Virus record (IMG/VR): IMGVR_UViG_2663762646_000002
Source of the DNA: a virus
Lineage: Duplodnaviria > Heunggongvirae > Uroviricota > Caudoviricetes
DNA: 52,847 nucleotides
Direction: 5' to 3' (one strand)
A program made the position numbers and the translations under genes. Under the pieces are notes generated by a model. That model was not told the origin of the DNA. It did not search any database and worked only from the letters and a program-made list of their open reading frames with translations. Below are positions 44,828 through 52,847 of this stretch, one piece after another; within the stretch, counting starts at the first letter, position 1, and the number at the start of each line of letters is the position of its first letter.

Positions 44828-45793
44828 TTATCCTCTGAAACCAGGCGGAATTTCTGTATCCGGTTCAGAAATATGATTAACACAACGCTGTACAGGTGAA
44901 CGTCCCAGGCGGATGACCAGTTCGTCCCATTTTTCGCGGAGCTTTGACGGGCTCATGATGTTTTTTACCCAGAATGGATCTCGCTGAACCCGACCAAACA
45001 TTTCGCAAATTTGTCTGTGGCTTCTGCCATCCAGCATCCGCATTGTGCGCACGTCATTGGCCCAGGCAGTCCAGTTAGGCTCTTTTGGTCGCATGATCTC
45101 GCCATCATCACTGGCTGCCTGTTCGTAGAGACCCACGATCCGCCCCCAGATCCACTGCGCACACGCCAAATCCTCCCTGCTACCCCACTGGCGTTTTTTC
45201 GCACTAAACACAACCGCGTCGGAGTTCCGGGTTAAAAAATCCTGTTCAGTCGTCTGCGGGTCCGGTTGCGAAGCTTCCGGACGAAAAGTGTTTTTATTCT
45301 CTGTAGTAATCTCTGTTGTATTCTCTGTAAGATCATCAGGCCATTTTGACCCGATGACATTGGGTCGTTTTGAACCAATGGAGCGTTTCATTTTGACCTC
45401 TTCCATCGTGTCATTTTGACCTGATGGAGCGGCGCATTTTGAACCGATGGATTCGCTCAATTTGCCACCATCTAAAAGCTCGCTCCCATAGTTGATCGTG
45501 TAGAAATTGGTCATATCGCGCTTTGATTTATTGAGCTTTTCACAACGCAAAAGCCCCAGCGTTTTCAGACTTGCAAACGCGCGCTTTAACGTTGACTCTG
45601 ACCAGAATGGGAACTGTTCCAGCCATTGTTCCGTTGTGTTATAAATCCAGCGAACACCATCACATTCCATGCCGGAGTTGGTATCTCTCAACCAGTAGTG
45701 CAGTTGTTGCAAAACAATGGCTTCGTTTAAGCCAATTTTCATTGCCAGCTGCGTGTTTATAACCAGTGGACGTTCAGCAAAAAGAAGGCTCAT
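44828..45793 (-). CDS. replication initiator (lambda O-like, iteron-binding)
   Basis: 321 aa from ATG 45793 (an upstream in-frame TTG at 45847 is possible); the gene contains 6 iterons, which encode the repeated SIGSK/VIGSK peptide motif. Confidence 0.7.
   Translation of the reverse strand: MSLLFAERPLVINTQLAMKIGLNEAIVLQQLHYWLRDTNSGMECDGVRWIYNTTEQWLEQFPFWSESTLKRAFASLKTLGLLRCEKLNKSKRDMTNFYTINYGSELLDGGKLSESIGSKCAAPSGQNDTMEEVKMKRSIGSKRPNVIGSKWPDDLTENTTEITTENKNTFRPEASQPDPQTTEQDFLTRNSDAVVFSAKKRQWGSREDLACAQWIWGRIVGLYEQAASDDGEIMRPKEPNWTAWANDVRTMRMLDGRSHRQICEMFGRVQRDPFWVKNIMSPSKLREKWDELVIRLGRSPVQRCVNHISEPDTEIPPGFRG
45342..45475. repeat. origin-like iteron array inside the initiator gene
   Basis: Six copies of CATTTTGACC-like repeats (variants GTTTTGAACC, CATTTTGAAC, CAATTTGCCA) at about 21-25 bp spacing: 45342, 45367, 45388, 45412, 45436, 45458. 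Confidence 0.75.
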
Positions 45794-46295
45794 AATTCCA
45801 TCCAGCTTTTTGTTGGTATTGCTGTCGATACGCAAGTTTGAAAGCAATTGCTTTTTCTATAAGTTCGTCAGTTTCACGATCCACTACGGCAGGATCAGCA
45901 AAAAGCAGTCCGGACTCCACCACATCGCCATATTCTTTGTTTAACCCGGCGATCATGCACGTGATGCTTTTTCCGTCAGTAATTTCACGATACAACCTGA
46001 AATCATTAATCCGGATAGCCTCCATAATTGCAGGCACTAGCGCCGTGAACTTTTCACGCTTATCCCTGGTGTCGATAGCCTTCCAGCGTTCAAATATCTT
46101 CACTCGATTAACGCCAAGCGCTCGCTGATCAATCGCGCCACCTTCATATGTGACACGCTGAACATCGATGTTCGGGCGCTCTTTCAAAGCCCAGAATGCT
46201 TCAGTGATTAATATCGTCGCCTGCTCCTGTGTCATTCCTGGTCGACATATCCAGGCATCCAGAGCCTCACGAGCCTGTTCAGGAGTGATTTTCAT
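45774..46295 (-). CDS. hypothetical early protein (at the cII-equivalent position)
   Basis: 173-aa ORF directly after dicC, overlapping dicC by 17 nt and the initiator start by about 20 nt. Confidence 0.55.
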   Translation of the reverse strand: MKITPEQAREALDAWICRPGMTQEQATILITEAFWALKERPNIDVQRVTYEGGAIDQRALGVNRVKIFERWKAIDTRDKREKFTALVPAIMEAIRINDFRLYREITDGKSITCMIAGLNKEYGDVVESGLLFADPAVVDRETDELIEKAIAFKLAYRQQYQQKAGWNYEPSFC

Positions 46296-46509
46296 TGTTC
46301 AACCGCCCCGCCCGCTTCGTCTTACGATATTCATCATAAACTTTGGGATCATACTGAAGCTCCCCGCCAGATGCCTCCTGTAGACGCATCGCGCGACCTT
46401 CGGGAACTAAATCCCCTTTCCAGCTATAAAGCGAAGCCAAACGAATACCTGCTGCTTGTGCAAGTTTTGTTTTTGAACCGAAATACAAAAGAGCGTCAGT
46501 TTTAAGCAT
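46279..46509 (-). CDS. dicC: Cro-like repressor DicC
   Basis: 76 aa, MLKTDALLYFGSKTKLAQAAGIRLASLYSWKGDLVPEG... with HTH; divergent from dicA. Confidence 0.85.
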   Translation of the reverse strand: MLKTDALLYFGSKTKLAQAAGIRLASLYSWKGDLVPEGRAMRLQEASGGELQYDPKVYDEYRKTKRAGRLNNENHS

Positions 46510-46523
46510 TTAAAACACCTTTA

Positions 46524-46589
46524 TTGTTAGTCATAACTAACAAGATAGATGTTAACAAAAACATAGTCAATACGATTTAGCATTAGCTA
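46524..46589. promoter_or_regulatory. dicA/dicC divergent promoter-operator region
   Basis: Perfect-arm palindrome TTGTTAGT-CATA-ACTAACAA (46524-46543) and a second palindrome TTAGC-ATTA-GCTAA (46576-46589) between the divergent repressor genes. Confidence 0.6.
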
Positions 46590-46592
46590 ACT

Positions 46593-47000
46593 ATGGAAAC
46601 AAAAAATTTAACTATCGGCGAACGCATCAGGTATCGTCGGAAAAACCTCAAACACACCCAAAGGTCTCTTGCTAAAGCCCTGAAAATCTCCCATGTGTCT
46701 GTATCACAATGGGAACGGGGTGATAGTGAACCTACAGGGAAGAACCTTTTTGCCCTCAGCAAAGTATTGCAATGCTCACCAACATGGATTCTATTTGGCG
46801 ATGAAGACAAGCAACCAACACCACCTGTTGAGAAGCCAGTTGCCTTATCCCCCAAAGAACTAGAGCTCCTTGAGCTGTTTAATGCACTGCCAGAATCAGA
46901 ACAGGATACCCAGCTCGCCGAAATGCGAGCTCGAGTAAAAAACTTCAATAAACTCTTTGAAGAATTACTAAAAGCCCGTCAGCGGACAAATAAAAGATAA
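46593..47000 (+). CDS. dicA: cI-like HTH repressor DicA
   Basis: 135 aa, METKNLTIGERIRYRRKNLKHTQRSLAKALKISHVSVSQWERG... (XRE-type HTH). Confidence 0.9.
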   Translation: METKNLTIGERIRYRRKNLKHTQRSLAKALKISHVSVSQWERGDSEPTGKNLFALSKVLQCSPTWILFGDEDKQPTPPVEKPVALSPKELELLELFNALPESEQDTQLAEMRARVKNFNKLFEELLKARQRTNKR

Positions 47001-47166
47001 CATCATCAATGAGTTATCTTTTACCACATCAATTATGTTAGCTATAGCATACAAAATCACTTGACCGATATGTTAGTCATGGCTAATCTTGTTTGCATCA
47101 ACACACCGCACGGTGTTCTCAGCAAACAGTTCCGCTACCCCAGCGTTAAGGGGAAATGAGGTCAGC

Positions 47167-47322
47167 ATGGATACTATCGATCTTGGCAACAACGAATCTC
47201 TGGTGTACGGCGTGTTTCCAAACCAGGACGGCACGTTCACCGCAATGACGTATACCAAAAGCAAAACGTTTAAAACCGAAAATGGTGCCCGTCGCTGGCT
47301 GGAAAGAAACTCAGGTGAGTGA
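47167..47322 (+). CDS. ydfA: small protein YdfA
   Basis: 51 aa, MDTIDLGNNESLVYGVFPNQDGTFTAMTYTKSKTFKTENGARRWLERNSGE. Confidence 0.75.
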   Translation: MDTIDLGNNESLVYGVFPNQDGTFTAMTYTKSKTFKTENGARRWLERNSGE

Positions 47323-47323
47323 T

Positions 47324-47452
47324 ATGGATTTCGACACAATCATGGAAAAGGCTTACGAAGAATACTTCGAAGGCCTTGCCGAAGGCGAAGAAGCTCTCAG
47401 CTTCAGTGAGTTTAAACAGGCGCTTTCCAGTTCGGCAAAATCTAACGGCTGA
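47324..47452 (+). CDS. ydfB: small protein YdfB
   Basis: 42 aa, MDFDTIMEKAYEEYFEGLAEGEEALSFSEFKQALSSSAKSNG, found by manual translation. Confidence 0.7.
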   Translation: MDFDTIMEKAYEEYFEGLAEGEEALSFSEFKQALSSSAKSNG

Positions 47453-47481
47453 TAAGCGAAACAGCACCGCGAGGAATCAGT

Positions 47482-47700
47482 ATGCAGAAACGAGAACCCG
47501 TCATCATCGCGCCAGACTATACCGATGATGAACTTTATGAGTGGATGCGCCAGAAAATTAATGCAGCGCAGGATCTGAAATGGGCTAATGAAGCCAGGGC
47601 TAAGCAGGCTGAAAATCTGTCCGCTCTGGAGCAGGATATCACCAATCTGGAAAAAGCAGCGGCATTAAGCATTGCCAGAATGATTACATACCCGCGTTAG
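47482..47700 (+). CDS. ydfC: small protein YdfC
   Basis: 72 aa, MQKREPVIIAPDYTDDELYEWMRQKINAAQDLKWANEARAK... Confidence 0.75.
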   Translation: MQKREPVIIAPDYTDDELYEWMRQKINAAQDLKWANEARAKQAENLSALEQDITNLEKAAALSIARMITYPR

Positions 47701-48040
47701 TAGCTAATCAACAAAGCTAAGGTTAGTAATTAAGGAGTTCTCCACGGGTGAGGTGGAGTGCGTGCGCCGGACACGGGTGCGCATCCGGAACTGACAGTTT
47801 ACTGAAAGGATATTTCCCTGAAAAGTCAGACCATAACGCGAAAGCGCACGGCGAGGTAGCTGGTTCATAGATAGCCTGTCGTTAAATTTTCGTCGACCGT
47901 GCGCTTCCGGTTGTGGCAACCCGCGAAATGGCGCGGCGGTAAGTATGGCGGGGTTATTCCTTCCCCGTTGAGGACACCGGGTTGTCAGGTTGACCATACG
48001 CTTAAGTGACAACCCCGCTGCAACGCCCTCTGTTATCAAT

Positions 48041-48097
48041 TTTCTGGTGACGTTTGGCGGTATCAGTTTTACTCCGTGACTGCTCTGCCGCCCTTTT
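48041..48097 (+). ncRNA. dicF: DicF small regulatory RNA (ftsZ/xylR/pykA-targeting sRNA)
   Basis: TTTCTGGTGACGTTTGGCGGTATCAGTTTTACTCCGTGACTGCTCTGCCGCCCTTTTT matches DicF as recalled, including the terminal GGCGG...GCCGCC hairpin and U tail. Confidence 0.9.
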
Positions 48098-48267
48098 TAA
48101 AGTGAATTTTGTGATGTGGTGAATGCGGCTGAGCGCACGCGGAACAGTTAAAACCAAAAACAGTGTTATGGGTGGATTCTCTGTATCCGGCGTTAATTGT
48201 TAACTAGTTAACGTCACCTGGAGGCACCAGGCACTGCATCACAAAATTCATTGTTGAGGACGCGATA

Positions 48268-48456
48268 ATGAAAACGTTATTACCAAACGTTAATACGTCT
48301 GAAGGTTGTTTTGAAATTGGTGTCACTATCAGTAACCCAGTATTTACTGAAGATGCCATTAACAAGAGAAAACAAGAACGGGAGCTATTAAATAAAATAT
48401 GCATTGTTTCAATGCTGGCTCGTTTACGTCTGATGCCAAAAGGATGTGCACAATGA
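48268..48456 (+). CDS. dicB: cell-division inhibitor DicB
   Basis: 62 aa, MKTLLPNVNTSEGCFEIGVTISNPVFTEDAINKRKQERELLNKICIVSMLARLRLMPKGCAQ; GAGGA SD. Confidence 0.9.
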   Translation: MKTLLPNVNTSEGCFEIGVTISNPVFTEDAINKRKQERELLNKICIVSMLARLRLMPKGCAQ

Positions 48457-48644
48457 ATTCAGCATTTGTGCTTGTTCTGACAGTTTTTCTTGTTTCCGGA
48501 GAGCCAGTTGATATTGCAGTCAGTGTTCACAGGACAATGCAGGAGTGTATGACTGCAGCAACCGAACAGAAAATTCCCGGTAACTGTTACCCGGTCGATA
48601 AAGTTATTCACCAGGATAATATCGAAATCCCGGCAGGTCTTTAA
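48453..48644 (+). CDS. ydfD: small membrane lysis-associated protein YdfD
   Basis: 63 aa from MNSAFVLVLTVFLVSGEPVDIAVSVH...; start overlaps the dicB stop (ATGA). Confidence 0.8.
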   Translation: MNSAFVLVLTVFLVSGEPVDIAVSVHRTMQECMTAATEQKIPGNCYPVDKVIHQDNIEIPAGL

Positions 48645-48736
48645 AACAGTTCCGTAATAAATATCCGGTTTCATTCTTATATGCCAGCAATGGCAGGGAT
48701 TTGTTCATCCTTAAATCTGTCATGAGGTAAAACAAA

Positions 48737-51208
48737 ATGAGTAAAGTCTTTATTTGCGCCGCTATTCCTGACGAACTGGCAACAAGGGAAGAAGGCGCTG
48801 TGGCTGTAGCCACAGCCATTGAAGCTGGCGACGAACGCCGTGCTCGAGCAAAATTTCACTGGCAATTCCTGGAACATTATCCGGCTGCTCAGGACTGCGC
48901 TTATAAATTTATTGTCTGCGAGGATAAACCTGGCATACCCCGCCCTGCCCTCGATTCATGGGATGCTGAATATATGCAGGAAAACCGCTGGGATGAGGAG
49001 TCTGCTTCTTTTGTCCCGGTTGAGACTGAATCCGATCCGATGAACGTCACTTTTGACAAGCTGGCCCCTGAAGTACAGAACGCTGTCATGGTTAAGTTCG
49101 ACACATGTGAAAACATCACCGTTGATATGGTTATTAGCGCACAGGAATTGTTGCAGGAAGACATGGCAACATTCGACGGACATATCGTTGAAGCGTTGAT
49201 GAAAATGCCAGAAGTTAACGCCATGTATCCGGAGCTTAAGTTGCACGCCATTGGGTGGGTTAAGCATAAATGTATTCCTGGTGCTAAATGGCCCGAAATT
49301 CAGGCAGAGATGCGCATCTGGAAAAAACGTCGCGAAGGTGAACGCAAGGAAACCGGAAAATACACGTCTGTTGTTGATCTCGCCCGCGCCAGAGCCAATC
49401 AACAGTACACTGAAAATTCAACAGGAAAAATCAGCCCGGTCATTGCTGCCATTCATCGCGAATACAAGCAGACATGGAAAACACTGGATGACGAACTGGC
49501 CTACGCTCTCTGGCCTAGTGATGTGGATGCCGGAAACATTGACGGCAGCATCCATCGCTGGGCAAAAAAAGAAGTTATCGACAACGACCGCGAAGACTGG
49601 AAGCGTATCTCGGCATCAATGCGCAAACAGCCTGATGCCCTTCGCTACGACCGCCAAACTATTTTTGGCCTTGTCCGTGAGCGTCCGATCGACATTCACA
49701 AAGATCCCGTAGCACTGAACAAATATATCTGCGAATACCTGACGACAAAGGGCGTGTTTGAGAATGAAGAAACAGACCTGGGCACTGTTGATGTTCTCCA
49801 GTCATCAGAAACACAAACTGATGCAGTGGAAACTGAGGTATCTGATATCCCAAAAAATGAAACCGCGCCGGAAGCTGAACCATCTGTAGAGCGTGAGGGG
49901 CCGTTCTATTTCCTCTTCGCAGATAAGGACGGAGAAAAATACGGTCGCGCAAACAAACTCTCTGGTCTGGATAAGGCACTGGCTGCTGGCGCCACTGAAA
50001 TCACAAAAGAAGAATATTTTGCCCGAAAAAATGGCACATACACGGGCTTACCGCAAAATGTAGATACCGCTGAAGATTCAGAACAACCAGAGCCGATAAA
50101 AGTTACCGCTGACGAAGTAAACAAAATTATGCAGGCAGCCAATATCAGCCAGCCTGACGCCGATAAGTTGCTTGCTGCATCACGTGGTGAATTTGTTGAA
50201 GGGATTAGTGACCCGAATGATCCGAAATGGGTTAAGGGGCTCCAGACCCGCGATTCTGTGAACCAGAACCAGCATGAATCGGAACGGAACTACCAAAAAG
50301 CGGAACAAAACAGTCCAAATGCGTTACAAAACGAGCCAGAAACGAAACAGCCTGAACCAGTAGCGCAACAGGAAGTGGAAAAAGTCTGCACCGCCTGCGG
50401 TCAGACCGGCGGCGGCAACTGCCCTGATTGTGGCGCGGTGATGGGCGACGCAACATACCAAGAAACATTCGATGAAGAGTATCAGGTTGAAGTTCAGGAA
50501 GATGATCCGGAGGAAATGGAAGGCGCTGAACATCCACACAAGGAGAACACTGGCGGCAATCAGCATCACAATAGCGATAATGAAACTGGCGAGACGGCAG
50601 ATCACCCAATTAAGGTGAACGGTCATCACGAAATCACATCCACCAGCAGGACGTGTGACCATCTAATGATCGACCTTGAAACCATGGGAAAAAATCCTGA
50701 TGCCCCGATCATCTCAATAGGTGCAATATTTTTCGATCCGCAAACCGGAGATATGGGACCGGAATTTAGTAAGACTATCGATCTGGAAACTGCTGGCGGA
50801 GTCATTGATCGTGACGTCATTAAAAGGTGGCTGAAGCAATCACGTGAAGCGCAGTCTGCCATTATGACCGATGAAATCCCGTTAGATGATGCACTGTTAC
50901 AATTGCGGGAATTTATCGACGAAAACTCCGGTGAATTTTTTGTTCAGGTTTGGGGAAATGGAGCCAACTTCGACAACACGATTTTGCGCCGTTCATACGA
51001 ACGGCAGGGGATCCCCTGCCCGTGGCGTTACTACAACGATCGCGATGTACGCACAATCGTTGAGCTGGGGAAAGCCATAGACTTCGATGCCAGAACGGCT
51101 ATTCCATTCGAAGGTGAGCGCCATAATGCACTTGATGACGCCCGTTACCAGGCAAAATACGTTTCAGTTATCTGGCAAAAACTGATCCCGAGTCAGGCTG
51201 ATTCTTAA
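48737..51208 (+). CDS. ydfE: large prophage protein with C-terminal DEDDh 3'-5' exonuclease domain (full-length YdfE-like)
   Basis: 823 aa, GAGGT SD; zinc ribbon CTACGQTGGGNCPDCG, acidic/His-rich linker, C-terminal motifs DLET, WGNGANFDNTIL and H-x4-D (HNALDD); N-terminus resembles K-12 YdfE as recalled. Confidence 0.7.
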   Translation: MSKVFICAAIPDELATREEGAVAVATAIEAGDERRARAKFHWQFLEHYPAAQDCAYKFIVCEDKPGIPRPALDSWDAEYMQENRWDEESASFVPVETESDPMNVTFDKLAPEVQNAVMVKFDTCENITVDMVISAQELLQEDMATFDGHIVEALMKMPEVNAMYPELKLHAIGWVKHKCIPGAKWPEIQAEMRIWKKRREGERKETGKYTSVVDLARARANQQYTENSTGKISPVIAAIHREYKQTWKTLDDELAYALWPSDVDAGNIDGSIHRWAKKEVIDNDREDWKRISASMRKQPDALRYDRQTIFGLVRERPIDIHKDPVALNKYICEYLTTKGVFENEETDLGTVDVLQSSETQTDAVETEVSDIPKNETAPEAEPSVEREGPFYFLFADKDGEKYGRANKLSGLDKALAAGATEITKEEYFARKNGTYTGLPQNVDTAEDSEQPEPIKVTADEVNKIMQAANISQPDADKLLAASRGEFVEGISDPNDPKWVKGLQTRDSVNQNQHESERNYQKAEQNSPNALQNEPETKQPEPVAQQEVEKVCTACGQTGGGNCPDCGAVMGDATYQETFDEEYQVEVQEDDPEEMEGAEHPHKENTGGNQHHNSDNETGETADHPIKVNGHHEITSTSRTCDHLMIDLETMGKNPDAPIISIGAIFFDPQTGDMGPEFSKTIDLETAGGVIDRDVIKRWLKQSREAQSAIMTDEIPLDDALLQLREFIDENSGEFFVQVWGNGANFDNTILRRSYERQGIPCPWRYYNDRDVRTIVELGKAIDFDARTAIPFEGERHNALDDARYQAKYVSVIWQKLIPSQADS

Positions 51209-51280
51209 TGTTCAACTGTCGCCGGTTGTGACTGGTATTCTGCAACCGGCGCTCGTCTGATGTAAGAGATAAAGAAATCG

Positions 51281-51532
51281 ATGAGCGAAGTAATCATGAT
51301 TGTCTCTCCCGGCAAATGGGTATCCGAAGAGCAGTTAATTGCGCTGAAAGGAATAAAAAAAGGTACGTTAAAAAAGGCCCGGGAAAAATCGTTTATGGAA
51401 GGAAGGGAATATAAGCATGTCGCTCATGACGGTATGCCATGGGATAACAGTCCATGCTTTTACAACCTGGAAGAAATTGATCGCTGGATTGAGCGCCAGG
51501 CATCAGCGAGACCAAGACGTCATCTTACTTGA
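51281..51532 (+). CDS. excisionase-like DNA-binding protein (Xis)
   Basis: 83 aa (an alternative ATG exists at 51296), directly upstream of int; GREYKH-type motif resembling lambda Xis. Confidence 0.6.
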   Translation: MSEVIMIVSPGKWVSEEQLIALKGIKKGTLKKAREKSFMEGREYKHVAHDGMPWDNSPCFYNLEEIDRWIERQASARPRRHLT

Positions 51533-51566
51533 CTAAAAGCCACACTAACTAATGAGAGAAGTTGAA

Positions 51567-52847
51567 ATGAAATATCCGACAGGCGTGGAAAACCATGGAG
51601 GGAAATTACGTATCTGGTTTGTTTATAAAGACGTAAGAGTCAGGGAAAATCTGGGGGTTCCTGACACAGCAAAAAACAGGCGCGTTGCAGGTGAACTACG
51701 CTCCTCTGTTTGTTACGCAATAAAAACTGGTGTTTTCGACTATGCAAAACAGTTTCCCTCCTCACGCAATCTGGAAAAATTTGGTGAGGCCCGACAAGAT
51801 TTAACCATAAAAGAACTGGCTGAAAAATTTCTGGCACTGAAAGAAACTGAAGTCGCCAAAACATCACTCAACACATACCGTGCCGTCATCAAAAATATCC
51901 TGAGCATAATCGGTGAAAAAAATCTTGCCTCATCGATTAATAAAGAAAAATTACTGGAGGTTCGTAAAGAGTTACTGACTGGATACCAGATCCCCAAAAG
52001 TAACTATATTGTTACACAACCAGGGAGATCGGCTGTAACTGTAAATAATTACATGACAAATCTTAACGCCGTGTTCCAGTTTGGTGTTGATAACGGTTAC
52101 CTGGCAGATAATCCGTTTAAGGGGATCTCGCCATTAAAGGAATCAAGAACCATTCCGGATCCTCTTTCGCGGGAAGAATTTATCCGTCTTATCGATGCGT
52201 GCAGAAATCAGCAAGCAAAAAATTTATGGTGTGTTTCTGTTTATACTGGAGTTCGCCCTGGTGAGCTGTGTGCACTTGGATGGGAGGACATAGATCTGAA
52301 AAATGGAACAATGATGATCAGGAGAAATTTAGCAAAAGACCGTTTCACGGTACCAAAAACACAGGCGGGAACCAATCGGGTCATTCATCTTATTAAGCCA
52401 GCAATCGACGCTCTCCGGAGTCAGATGACATTAACGAGACTGAGCAAAGAGCATATCATTGATGTTCACCTCAGAGAGTATGGCAGAACAGAAAAACAAA
52501 AATGCACCTTTGTTTTTCAACCTGAAGTGTCAGCGAGAGTAAAAAATTATGGTGACCATTTTACCGTTGACTCAATAAGGCAGATGTGGGACGCAGCGAT
52601 AAAACGTGCCGGACTCCGCCATCGAAAATCATATCAGTCGAGACATACTTATGCCTGCTGGTCGCTGACAGCTGGTGCTAACCCGGCATTTATAGCAAAC
52701 CAGATGGGCCATGCAGATGCGCAAATGGTATTTCAGGTATACGGAAAATGGATGTCTGAAAACAATAATGCACAGGTAGCTTTGTTAAATACACAGTTAA
52801 GCGAGTTTGCCCCAACCATGCCCCATAACGAAGCAATGAAAAATTAA
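51567..52847 (+). CDS. intQ: tyrosine site-specific integrase (lambda Int family), full length
   Basis: About 426 aa from MKYPTGVENHGGKLRIWF... (an upstream ATG exists at 51552); arm-binding N-terminus and C-terminal catalytic region with R...HxxR...Y residues; stop is the last codon of the window. Confidence 0.85.
   Translation: MKYPTGVENHGGKLRIWFVYKDVRVRENLGVPDTAKNRRVAGELRSSVCYAIKTGVFDYAKQFPSSRNLEKFGEARQDLTIKELAEKFLALKETEVAKTSLNTYRAVIKNILSIIGEKNLASSINKEKLLEVRKELLTGYQIPKSNYIVTQPGRSAVTVNNYMTNLNAVFQFGVDNGYLADNPFKGISPLKESRTIPDPLSREEFIRLIDACRNQQAKNLWCVSVYTGVRPGELCALGWEDIDLKNGTMMIRRNLAKDRFTVPKTQAGTNRVIHLIKPAIDALRSQMTLTRLSKEHIIDVHLREYGRTEKQKCTFVFQPEVSARVKNYGDHFTVDSIRQMWDAAIKRAGLRHRKSYQSRHTYACWSLTAGANPAFIANQMGHADAQMVFQVYGKWMSENNNAQVALLNTQLSEFAPTMPHNEAMKN

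Noticed and set aside
47704-48039. 111-aa minus-strand ORF between ydfC and dicF
   Set aside because: Lies in the region that is transcribed and processed to give DicF on the plus strand; Arg-rich low-complexity translation.
48901-50662. Multiple minus-strand ORFs of 78-148 aa antisense to the 823-aa YdfE-like gene
   Set aside because: Overlap a long ORF with a clear start, SD and recognisable exonuclease domain on the plus strand.

Overview
Almost the whole window is one lambdoid prophage of Escherichia coli type, lying next to the host MFS transporter gene ydfJ (1-1284) and ending at the stop codon of a full-length integrase (52847); neither att site is inside the window. All protein identifications are by reading the supplied translations against sequences and gene orders I remember, not by any database search. 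Gene order and small-gene content (ydfK, pin, tfa/stf, ynfO, ydfO, gnsB, cspI, spanin/lysozyme/holin, cspB/cspF, Q, ydfU, rem, hokD-relE-relB, flxA, dicC/dicA, ydfABC-dicF-dicB-ydfD, int) match the Qin locus of K-12 as I recall it. Unlike the defective K-12 copy, this one keeps a complete lambda-type head and tail cluster (Nu1 to J, 7.7-26.5 kb, minus strand), a contiguous cos site (cosN 26678-26689), an iteron-bearing O-like initiator and intact xis/int. It is nonetheless damaged: a complete IS3 splits the endolysin gene, an IS66-family element sits in the early/nin-like region, gnsB is frameshifted, and a methyltransferase gene is truncated. I found no CRISPR array, rRNA or tRNA, and no convincing multi-gene novel defence system. 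The best candidates for uncharacterised biology are the 823-aa YdfE-like protein with a C-terminal DEDDh exonuclease domain (48737-51208), the rve-domain protein plus a small membrane protein (38569-40396), the divergent J C-terminus, and several small moron ORFs.
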